From: a virus
DNA: 64,000 nt
Reading direction: 5' to 3' (one strand)
IMG/VR virus record: IMGVR_UViG_3300029555_000004
Of this stretch, positions 19,489 to 26,446 are shown one piece after another. Below the pieces are notes generated by a model. The model searched no databases and was not told the DNA's origin. It saw nothing but the letters and a program-made list of their open reading frames with translations. The translations under genes and the position numbers were made by a program. Position 1 is the stretch's first letter. Each line of letters starts with the position of its first letter.

Positions 19489-19740
19489 ATGCTAGAGTAT
19501 AAAATCGATGTAATAAAAGAACTTTCAAATATTGGTATAAATACAACAGTTGCAAAAAATACCGGGATTTTTGGACAGGCTACAATGAAAAAATTTAGGG
19601 ATAGAGATACTAATATATCTCTTGATAACCTTAATCGGCTTTGCGCAGTTCTGGAGATGCAGCCAAGAGACATTTTGAAATATGTAGAAACAGAAAAAGA
19701 TAGATCAGATTATATAAATATAATTCACAAAAAAGAGTGA
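19489..19740 (+). CDS. helix-turn-helix transcriptional regulator (XRE/Cro-like)
   Basis: ISLDNLNRLCAVLEMQPRDILKY motif; AGGAGG RBS. Confidence 0.7.
   Translation: MLEYKIDVIKELSNIGINTTVAKNTGIFGQATMKKFRDRDTNISLDNLNRLCAVLEMQPRDILKYVETEKDRSDYINIIHKKE
19725..19740. promoter_or_regulatory. operator O2 TCACAAAAAAGAGTGA
   Basis: Second copy of the TCAC-N8-GTGA site, overlapping the stop codon of the HTH gene. Confidence 0.55.
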
Positions 19741-19748
19741 TAAATACA

Positions 19749-19778
19749 TTGACAAATCACAAAATATAGTGATATAAT
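19749..19778 (+). promoter_or_regulatory. strong promoter with embedded operator O3
   Basis: TTGACA-N18-TATAAT with TG extended -10; TCACAAAATATAGTGA (19757-19772) fills the spacer. Confidence 0.7.
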
Positions 19779-19837
19779 AAAGACAGTTAAAGAAGAACAG
19801 CACAGCCCCAGACAGGGACAGATCAGGAGGGAAGAAA

Positions 19838-20053
19838 ATGACTGGTGAAGAAAGAATTAAACAATTAGTCGAAAAAGGATGGAAAGTAGTAAAGGATGAA
19901 ACCACATGGTGTCGTTACGTGGAACTTGAAAATGAAGTTGCAAGAAAAAGCCGCGATCCGTTTGGAAATTCTACTGGCGAAGACTGGATGCAGACTATAC
20001 ACAGGCAGGTTACAATTTACAATGGTGGCGATTGGGAAGAAACAAGAGGATAA
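19838..20053 (+). CDS. hypothetical small protein
   Basis: ORF track; GGAGGG RBS. Confidence 0.6.
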   Translation: MTGEERIKQLVEKGWKVVKDETTWCRYVELENEVARKSRDPFGNSTGEDWMQTIHRQVTIYNGGDWEETRG

Positions 20054-20068
20054 AAGGAGGAAAAGAAC

Positions 20069-20356
20069 ATGGAAATTAAAATTTATTGCAATTACGGAGT
20101 CTTAGGAGCGGAGAAAAGGAAGAAATACACTTTCGGCGGTCCAGATAGCACGGCAGACTGCTTTGATGAACTGATGGTAGAAATACCAGAAGGATGGGAG
20201 CCGTTTAAAAATACCATGGGAAAATTAATGGTAAAAGCTCCATGGGGCTGGGACTACGAAATAAACGAAGTTTTACAGGGGGACAAAAATCCTTGCTTTT
20301 ACGCATTAGACAAGAATATGGATGGACATAGAAAATATTTAAAAATTATAGGATAA
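20069..20356 (+). CDS. hypothetical small protein
   Basis: ORF track; AGGAGG RBS. Confidence 0.6.
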   Translation: MEIKIYCNYGVLGAEKRKKYTFGGPDSTADCFDELMVEIPEGWEPFKNTMGKLMVKAPWGWDYEINEVLQGDKNPCFYALDKNMDGHRKYLKIIG

Positions 20357-20382
20357 TCAAACTTTCAGGAGGATAAAAAAAT

Positions 20383-20694
20383 ATGAAAAAAATATATTAT
20401 CACGAGATTACAATGTCCCAGAGTTACAATGAGGGGACAAAAGAACCGATTTACGAAGTATGCAAAGAACAATTTCAATGTGAATACTCGGAAGAATGGA
20501 CAGAAGACGACGAAGACCCTATAAAAGATTATGTGGAAAATATGATTGAAAATTCTTCTGACGAGAGTTTCAAAGAAAACGGTTATTCTTGGGATGAAAA
20601 CGCAGCTATCAATTTCTCAACAGTTACATTTTCGGGAGCAAGCCATATTTTATTTAAGAATGGGGAACCAATAGAATTGTATTACGTAGAATGA
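20383..20694 (+). CDS. hypothetical highly acidic small protein
   Basis: ORF track; Asp/Glu-rich (EEWTEDDEDPIKDYVENMIENSSDE). Confidence 0.6.
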   Translation: MKKIYYHEITMSQSYNEGTKEPIYEVCKEQFQCEYSEEWTEDDEDPIKDYVENMIENSSDESFKENGYSWDENAAINFSTVTFSGASHILFKNGEPIELYYVE

Positions 20695-20781
20695 AAAAAG
20701 GACAACTTTTTTGGTTGTCCAATCTCCATTAAATAATAAATATTTTTCAATTCACACCTAAATTTTAGGTATAATAAATAT

Positions 20782-20840
20782 AGCATATAAAAATATAGTT
20801 GTCAATAAGAAAAAGCCCTGGGATAATTCCTAGGGCTTTT
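20782..20840 (+). ncRNA. candidate ~60-nt small RNA
   Basis: TTCAAT-N18-TATAAT (20746-20775) followed ~35 nt later by the strong hairpin AGCCCTGGGA/TCCTAGGGCT + T4 (20814-20840); no ORF. Confidence 0.3.
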
Positions 20841-20854
20841 AAAATGCTTATTTG

Positions 20855-20897
20855 TGGCGGTGCAACGACAATCGAGGGGTTAACAGCCCCACCGCCA
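20855..20897. repeat. GC-rich inverted repeat in AT-rich DNA (cos/pac candidate)
   Basis: TGGCGGTG ... CACCGCCA, 8-bp arms 27 bp apart, ~0.6 kb upstream of terS. Confidence 0.3.
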
Positions 20898-21137
20898 AAG
20901 CTGTTAAAATATTAATAGCACAGGTTTTAAATTTTTGTCAAGAAAAATATTTTTTTATTTTTAGTCTTGACTTTCTGAAAAACTTACAGTAACGTTATTA
21001 CCAACGATGGTCGCGGGAACTCATGGAGGGGTGGTTATTGTGAAATCGTTTGCACCTGAACAGAATAAAGTAGCAGTTAACAAGCCAGATCAGCCAGGTA
21101 TTGAAGCTCGGTAAGGTCTGGCTTTTATTATGTTTAA

Positions 21138-21157
21138 ATATATTATATATAATATAT
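21138..21157. repeat. perfect 20-bp AT palindrome
   Basis: ATATATTATATATAATATAT equals its own reverse complement. Confidence 0.8.
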
Positions 21158-21405
21158 CTTTTACCCCTCCATAGATTCTTAAGACTAGAGTTTATTAAAA
21201 GATATGCTATACAGTACCGTATAATAATATATATAATATAAATATAAATGAAGATTATAATATAATACCCCAATTATTATTTATTAATTATTAACAAAAT
21301 AAAGGGTTTTATTTTATGCAAAATTAAATTTGACAAGATATTAAAAACTGTGTTAAGGTATCAGCAACAAAGAAAACAGAATATTTTATTTAAGTTTTAA
21401 GTTTT

Positions 21406-21473
21406 AGAGAATGTACCCGAACACCCGGAAGTTTTCCGGGAATAAGCTTTACCTGGTGACATTCTCTTTTTTT
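21406..21473 (+). terminator. branched leader terminator upstream of terS
   Basis: AGAGAATGT...ACATTCTCT outer stem, inner CCCGG/CCGGG hairpin, T7 run; ~50 nt after TTGACA-N18-(TG)TAAGGT at 21330. Confidence 0.7.
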
Positions 21474-21508
21474 ATTTACAAATTAACGTGTTAAAGCGAG
21501 GTGATAAC

Positions 21509-22099
21509 ATGAAAGATAATACGGTAAATATACAAGACGTAGATATCTATTTAGATAATATTAATATATATGCTGATGAATATATAAATACTGTATTATG
21601 TATATCACCAGATAACGAAAACTATAAGAAAGAAGTATCAGATAGCTTTGTAGATATGATTTTTTATATTGCAGATCATATACAAAAGCCAAGTAATGAC
21701 AATATAGAGCTATTAGATAAAATGTTTAATACTTATGTGAGATTATGCAGTAAATATCATGTATTACCAACCCTAGAAGTATTTAGCTTTTTAGTTGGGA
21801 TTAATCGTACAACGTTTACTGACTGGATGAATGGAGTGTATAGAACAAACTCGTCACATGGTGACACGGCTAAAAAATGGTTTGATATTTGCAAAAACTG
21901 CGCAATCAATAGATTACATAATCAGACCGGAACAAATGCGAATTTGATATTTGTTGCAAAAGCCGCCTATGGCATGGCAGAAACTGCACCAGTACAAGCC
22001 GCGCAGCAATACGGAGTACCCCAGCAGACAGCCCAGCAGATCGCGGAGAAGCACAAAGCAGCACTGGAGCTTCCAGAAATGGAAAAACCGGAACTATAA
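21509..22099 (+). CDS. terS: terminase small subunit (putative)
   Basis: HTH-like LVGINRTTFTDWMNG plus C-terminal NANLIFVAKAAYGMAE, resembling the terS motif gaiFlLKNxfGy; GAGGTG RBS. Confidence 0.55.
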   Translation: MKDNTVNIQDVDIYLDNINIYADEYINTVLCISPDNENYKKEVSDSFVDMIFYIADHIQKPSNDNIELLDKMFNTYVRLCSKYHVLPTLEVFSFLVGINRTTFTDWMNGVYRTNSSHGDTAKKWFDICKNCAINRLHNQTGTNANLIFVAKAAYGMAETAPVQAAQQYGVPQQTAQQIAEKHKAALELPEMEKPEL

Positions 22100-22425
22100 C
22101 AGTAAAAACACTATATGTTGTGATTACGAGAAAACGGATTCTATATCTAGCAATACGCAATGTGCAAATAGGGTACACCCTAAAAAGACATTCTATAAAA
22201 CACTGTTTTTTGTGCAATATGACAATAGATTTTGCATAGCATTTCCTTGACCACCGCCGAAGACTTACGATAAACAGCGACCGGGCAAGGGCAGCGGTTC
22301 CCATTGGGCGGTGGGCTGACTTGCCAGCGTCCGTACTGGATGACCGGGAGGGGGTATATATAAACCTCCGGTCAGCGGTAGTTACCACCGAAACCGCCCG
22401 AAAAAACAAAAAAGCTCTCCTTAAC

Positions 22426-22553
22426 ATGGCAGGGATAGTGATTCGAACACGACAAGCAGTAAGCCTTAACTGTTTCTCTGACATACTAAAAACAAGGTAA
22501 TACACAGAAAGGCAGGAAAAGAAGCATTTAGACTGTTGCTTCAATGGCAGGGA
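22426..22553. repeat. 10-bp direct repeat ATGGCAGGGA x2 flanking a tRNA-like T-arm fragment
   Basis: Copies at 22426-22435 and 22544-22553; GTGATTCGAACAC (22438-22450) is T-loop-like on either strand. Confidence 0.5.
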
Positions 22554-22564
22554 CTAATTAGGGC

Positions 22565-22593
22565 ATAAAAAAAGAGAACCATTACGGTTCCCT
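22565..22593 (-). terminator. intrinsic terminator (minus strand)
   Basis: GGGAACC-GTAAT-GGTTCTC then T7 on the minus strand; the stop codon lies in the loop. Confidence 0.8.
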
Positions 22594-22815
22594 TCTGATA
22601 TCGTCAGTTGTTAATTTAATCAAGACATCTGGTTTGGGTTCGATTATAAGTTGACATTCCAGGAAGTCAAGAATCTGAATTAACTCATCTGCGGATATAC
22701 TTCCTCTTGAAAATTTGTTTGCAAGAGATTGTGGAAGCATATCTAAATGGTTAGCTAATTGAACACTAGTAATTTTCTTCATTTTCATAATTTGTTTTAT
22801 TTTATCCGAAACCAT
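22582..22815 (-). CDS. XRE-family HTH regulator
   Basis: KKITSVQLANHLDMLPQSLANKFSRG HTH; GGAGGTG RBS; divergent from the recombinase gene. Confidence 0.75.
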   Translation of the reverse strand: MVSDKIKQIMKMKKITSVQLANHLDMLPQSLANKFSRGSISADELIQILDFLECQLIIEPKPDVLIKLTTDDIRREP

Positions 22816-22896
22816 ATAATCACCTCCTATTAATGTAATCATAATCAAAACCGTTTAAATAGTCAATAAAAATATTCATAAATGAGTATAAAACAC

Positions 22897-22925
22897 TTGA
22901 AATAATACTCGAGTACGTGTATAAT
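22897..22925 (+). promoter_or_regulatory. sigma-A-type promoter of the small recombinase gene
   Basis: TTGAAA-N17-TATAAT. Confidence 0.65.
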
Positions 22926-22955
22926 TGACTTATAAATAAACGGGAGGGATTATGT

Positions 22956-23546
22956 ATGAAAATAGGTTACGTGAGGGTATCAACAATAGAGCAGAATGAA
23001 GCGAGACAGATTGAAGCAATGAAAGCAGATGGTGTTGAAAAAATTTATATGGATAAAAAATCTGGGAAAGACTTCAATCGTCCAGAGTACCAGAGAATGA
23101 TTTCAGAACTAACTAAAGACGATATACTGATAATCCATTCAATTGACCGTCTTGGAAGAAACTACAATGAAATTGTTGAACAGTGGAGATGTATCACAAA
23201 AGAAATTGGAGCCGATATTATCGTACAGGACATGCCACTTCTTAACACATGCCAGGATAAAGACTTAACAGGAACCTTAATTACAGACATTGTATTGCAG
23301 CTTTTTTCATATGTAGCCCAAAGAGAGAGAGAAAACACTCGGCAGCGTCAAAAAGAAGGTATTGAAATAGCAAAAACGCAAGGCAAATATAAAGGCCGCG
23401 CCAAAAAAGAGATAGATAAGGAACTTTTTAAAGAAACTAAACGTAGCTGGCAAAGAGGGGAAATAACAAAAGTACAATTTGCCGAGATTATGGGAGTTTC
23501 AAGAAGCACGCTATATAAACTTTTAGAGGGGGATAAAGATGATTGA
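22956..23546 (+). CDS. small serine recombinase (resolvase/invertase family)
   Basis: MKIGYVRVSTIEQN catalytic Ser, SIDRLGRN, C-terminal HTH GVSRSTLYKLL. Confidence 0.9.
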   Translation: MKIGYVRVSTIEQNEARQIEAMKADGVEKIYMDKKSGKDFNRPEYQRMISELTKDDILIIHSIDRLGRNYNEIVEQWRCITKEIGADIIVQDMPLLNTCQDKDLTGTLITDIVLQLFSYVAQRERENTRQRQKEGIEIAKTQGKYKGRAKKEIDKELFKETKRSWQRGEITKVQFAEIMGVSRSTLYKLLEGDKDD

Positions 23547-24006
23547 TTTTACAAACAAGTGTATTGTTACAGAAAATAACGTTGAATCAGAACAGCTGCT
23601 TAAAAAAGCAATAGCTCAAGGGTTCAACTTGCCAAAAGGCCAAAAAGCAATGGAATCGAATAGATATTTTCATTTTATTGGAAGTCCATATAAACATGTT
23701 GTGGCTTCTTGCGGAGTAAGTTTGAACGACCCCAACAAGGCGGTTAGATATTCGGAGTTGTTTGGTGATGAGCAAGAAGAGCTAAGAAAAATTGTTGATT
23801 CAGCTGCAAGATGGTGCCGGGCATACGGATATGAACATTTGAATGTATATGCAAACGAAGAGATTGAAAGTTATACTGGAAAGGCAATCGCAAAGACAAC
23901 AGACAATATCATACAGCGTGTTGATGTTGAAATAAAGAAACCACGCAAACTGACTGTTTCAGAGTTGGAAGCTTACTTAGGATATCCAATTGAAATTGTA
24001 AGCTGA
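23539..24006 (+). CDS. hypothetical protein
   Basis: ORF track; overlaps the recombinase stop. Confidence 0.55.
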   Translation: MIDFTNKCIVTENNVESEQLLKKAIAQGFNLPKGQKAMESNRYFHFIGSPYKHVVASCGVSLNDPNKAVRYSELFGDEQEELRKIVDSAARWCRAYGYEHLNVYANEEIESYTGKAIAKTTDNIIQRVDVEIKKPRKLTVSELEAYLGYPIEIVS

Positions 24007-24011
24007 GGTAA

Positions 24012-24173
24012 ATGCTCATGAAAACAAACCCACAATCCGAATCCATCCGCATCCGATTTTCCGAAAAACAGAAAAAAAGGCTCCTGGAAGAGAAGAACCG
24101 GACGGACAGGAGCGTATCGGATATTGTAAGACAAGCAGTTGATGAATATTTCGGGAGGAAAAGACGTGCTTAA
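24012..24173 (+). CDS. ribbon-helix-helix (CopG/MobC-like) protein, 53 aa
   Basis: Read by eye: SIRIRFSEKQKKRLLEE...SVSDIVRQAVDEYF is a classic RHH pattern; below the ORF-track size cutoff. Confidence 0.55.
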   Translation: MLMKTNPQSESIRIRFSEKQKKRLLEEKNRTDRSVSDIVRQAVDEYFGRKRRA

Positions 24174-24567
24174 ATTTTTCTCAAAAAACAAAAAAGGCGT
24201 TTCCGAAACAAACCAAGCATATGAAAATGTTGAACAGGAATCCCCGGCAATTCGGAAACTCGTAAAGCCAATTCACGCAAAAGCAATATTAACTGATGGA
24301 AGATTGTATGATACTCAAACTGCTACATACGTTTGTGAATATGGGAATCTTTCTTTGTTTGTTACAAAGAATGGTAGATGGTTTGGCGCAAAATCAAAAT
24401 CTGAATTAGCTGGTTATAGTGTTGATGAAAACGGAGACAGAACCGCCGAGTACAGATTGACGTATTATGGTCTGGAATGTATTGATAAAATTTTTGTGAT
24501 GCAACATCTGTGGTATTGCAGCCATAAGCTTTACAAGAAATATTTCGGGGAGGTAGAAGAGGGATGA
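24166..24567 (+). CDS. hypothetical protein
   Basis: GTG 24166 six nt after GGAGG; overlaps the RHH gene by 8 nt. Confidence 0.5.
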   Translation: MLKFFSKNKKGVSETNQAYENVEQESPAIRKLVKPIHAKAILTDGRLYDTQTATYVCEYGNLSLFVTKNGRWFGAKSKSELAGYSVDENGDRTAEYRLTYYGLECIDKIFVMQHLWYCSHKLYKKYFGEVEEG

Positions 24568-24929
24568 AAGATTACAATACTCGCAACAACGAAGAAAATT
24601 TCCCAGATGGGACAGTTAAGGCGCAAGACGGGAAGTTCTTTTTAATGGTGAATGGAAAATGGGAACAGGTGATTGGTTCAGAAGGCAAAAATCTTTTGCA
24701 ATCTCCTACAGATGTAGCTCCCATGATTATTAACGCGACTATAACATATGAGCCGCCAAAGCCATTTTCACCATTATCCCCATTATTGAAACGTGAGCCA
24801 CGTGTAGTTCCAAGATACAGCATATATGAGCTTGAAGAAATCGCAAAACACATTCTTTTGTATTGTAAATTTCGAAGGAGGGGATGCGAAGATGCCGATA
24901 GTGAAAATCACAAACCCCACCCCCTATGA
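24564..24929 (+). CDS. hypothetical protein
   Basis: ORF track; 4-nt overlap. Confidence 0.5.
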   Translation: MKDYNTRNNEENFPDGTVKAQDGKFFLMVNGKWEQVIGSEGKNLLQSPTDVAPMIINATITYEPPKPFSPLSPLLKREPRVVPRYSIYELEEIAKHILLYCKFRRRGCEDADSENHKPHPL

Positions 24930-25290
24930 TTGGCTCGGCACAAAATATTTCATTGATGGAAATGAAGTTCCGAGAGTAAGATCAATAAATTTTCATACCG
25001 CAGTAGATGAAATTCCAGTATTTGATTTTGAAATGATGGCTGTTCCAGACATTGAAATGGAATGCTTGGCACAAATTAGTGTCACTTCTCAATCAATTAC
25101 TGATGCAATTTTAGTTTTAAGGCACGAACTGTTACAACATGGAGAAATTTACAATGGCTTCAAATCAAGCCTAAAATCGGCTTTAGAATCCTACAATTAC
25201 TGCGGAATGCCATTTGAGCCAGAGGAAGAAATTGCAGAAAAAATTCTGGATTTCTTAATTGGGGAGGAAAAAGAAAATGAATTCACTTAA
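24892..25290 (+). CDS. hypothetical protein
   Basis: ATG 24892 after GGAGGGG. Confidence 0.5.
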   Translation: MPIVKITNPTPYDWLGTKYFIDGNEVPRVRSINFHTAVDEIPVFDFEMMAVPDIEMECLAQISVTSQSITDAILVLRHELLQHGEIYNGFKSSLKSALESYNYCGMPFEPEEEIAEKILDFLIGEEKENEFT

Positions 25291-25447
25291 TGTTGTTGGA
25301 GTTGCATTAAACCTCATGCTTTTTGTAATCGTTGCCACAGGTGTACTGGCAATGCTTGATGAAAGAAAAATTAATTGCTTGCAAGCTCTGTTTTATTTTC
25401 TAATGGAAGCCCTGTTTGTACTGAATATTTTTTTGATTACGAGGTGA
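25277..25447 (+). CDS. small hydrophobic membrane protein
   Basis: Two predicted TM stretches; GGGAGG RBS. Confidence 0.45.
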   Translation: MNSLNVVGVALNLMLFVIVATGVLAMLDERKINCLQALFYFLMEALFVLNIFLITR

Positions 25448-25666
25448 CAAATGTATTTACCAATTCCAATTGGAATTATCCCGATTGAGTTAATCGAAAG
25501 GGTTAAATTCATAAAAGCACCACTTCGACTTAATCCATGTAGGCTCGGGAAAGCCTACGAAAGCGATAAGTCGAGGCATCCAGAGTAGCGAATAACAATC
25601 TTTATAGGATAAAAGTGCTGGACTTTATATATCACACCCCTGGATTAATGGTGCGCCAGGGGGTAA

Positions 25667-25738
25667 TGGGCTATCGCCAAGTGGTAAGGCCGTGGAATTT
25701 GACTCCACAATTCGTTGGTTCAAATCCAACTAGCCCAG
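25667..25738 (+). tRNA. tRNA-Gln (anticodon UUG)
   Basis: Hand-folded cloverleaf: acceptor TGGGCTA/TAGCCCA, anticodon arm GTGGA-ATTTGAC-TCCAC, T-arm GTTGG-TTCAAAT-CCAAC; no encoded CCA. Confidence 0.9.
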
Positions 25739-25951
25739 TTTGCAGTATTTAATATGCTGTAAAGGATTTTAAGCTTTCATAAGAAACACCTATAGCCTTC
25801 TAGCCTAGATGGGGCTGATTAAAGGGACTTCAAATATCCCGGAAGGCGTATCTGAAGTATCAGGAGTATTTCAGAAAACCTTTGTTATAGTTGGTGGTTA
25901 AGAACTGTAACAGTGCCAGTTTGGTTACCAGTATTGCCAACTGGTATCTCA

Positions 25952-26024
25952 GGAAGCTTAGTTCAGCGGTAAGAGCAACGGCCTCATAAGCCGTAAGTCC
26001 TGGGTTCGAATCCCAGAGCTTCCA
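25952..26024 (+). tRNA. tRNA-Met (anticodon CAU; elongator or Ile2-type, not initiator)
   Basis: Acceptor GGAAGCT/AGCTTCC, anticodon arm ACGGC-CTCATAA-GCCGT, T-arm CTGGG-TTCGAAT-CCCAG. Confidence 0.9.
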
Positions 26025-26373
26025 TTTCTTCTAAATGCCATTCATCCGTAATATGGGTGGAAAAAACTTCCAGTTGAGCGTGTGGATCAGGTAAATTATA
26101 GGTGCGATACGGCGCAGCCTAAATGGATCTGGTTTCCAAGCTGGAATGCATCTTGGAGTTAAAGAAATCAGCGCAGCGCACGCTGATTAAAGGAGTTTTC
26201 AAAAGATGCGAACCATAAGCCATTAAAGTTGTGCATAAAAATACTCGTGGAGCATACCACGGTTATCAAAAAGCCGCCAGGGTTGCCAGTAAGCGTACCG
26301 CAAATAAAGAAAACTGGATAGTGGAAAGCATAACACGATAAACCTATTGCTAACCCGGTTTTTCCGGGTTATT

Positions 26374-26445
26374 CGGAAAGTGCAAGTAACTGGGAACGGC
26401 CTGGTCGTAGACTAGGTCTTAATGGTTCGAATCCATTCTTTCCGT
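26374..26445 (+). ncRNA. tRNA-like RNA with degenerate D-arm (anticodon-position GUA)
   Basis: Perfect acceptor CGGAAAG/CTTTCCG and T-arm AATGG-TTCGAAT-CCATT; arm CCTGG-TCGTAGA-CTAGG; no pairable D-stem. Confidence 0.4.
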
Positions 26446-26446
26446 T

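Noticed and set aside
17128-22437. Shared CAGGGATA core at 17128-37 (inverted) and 22430-37 as paired crossover sites for a 5.3-kb inversion
   Set aside because: The match is only 8-10 nt with no flanking similarity. An 8-mer is expected about twice by chance in 64 kb on both strands.
21906-22544. 212-aa minus-strand ORF spanning the terS 3' end and the GC-rich block
   Set aside because: It overlaps terS antisense and runs through the structured noncoding region. The composition looks like shadow-frame translation, and there is no RBS.
22250-22560. tmRNA, RNase P RNA, SRP RNA or a group I/II intron as the explanation for the GC-rich structured block
   Set aside because: I could not find the hallmark sequences (tmRNA tag ORF and 5' GGGG acceptor partner, the GAGGAAAGTCC motif of RNase P, the SRP GGAA tetraloop motif, intron domain V). 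The call is left open pending covariance-model scans.
25451-25585. 44-aa ORF (MYLPIPIGIIPIELIERVKF...) at the start of the RNA island
   Set aside because: It has a plausible GAGGTG RBS, but it runs through strongly paired RNA helices (CTTCGACTTA/TAAGTCGAGG, GTAGGCT/AGCCTAC). It is more likely part of a structured RNA, so it is not reported as a CDS.
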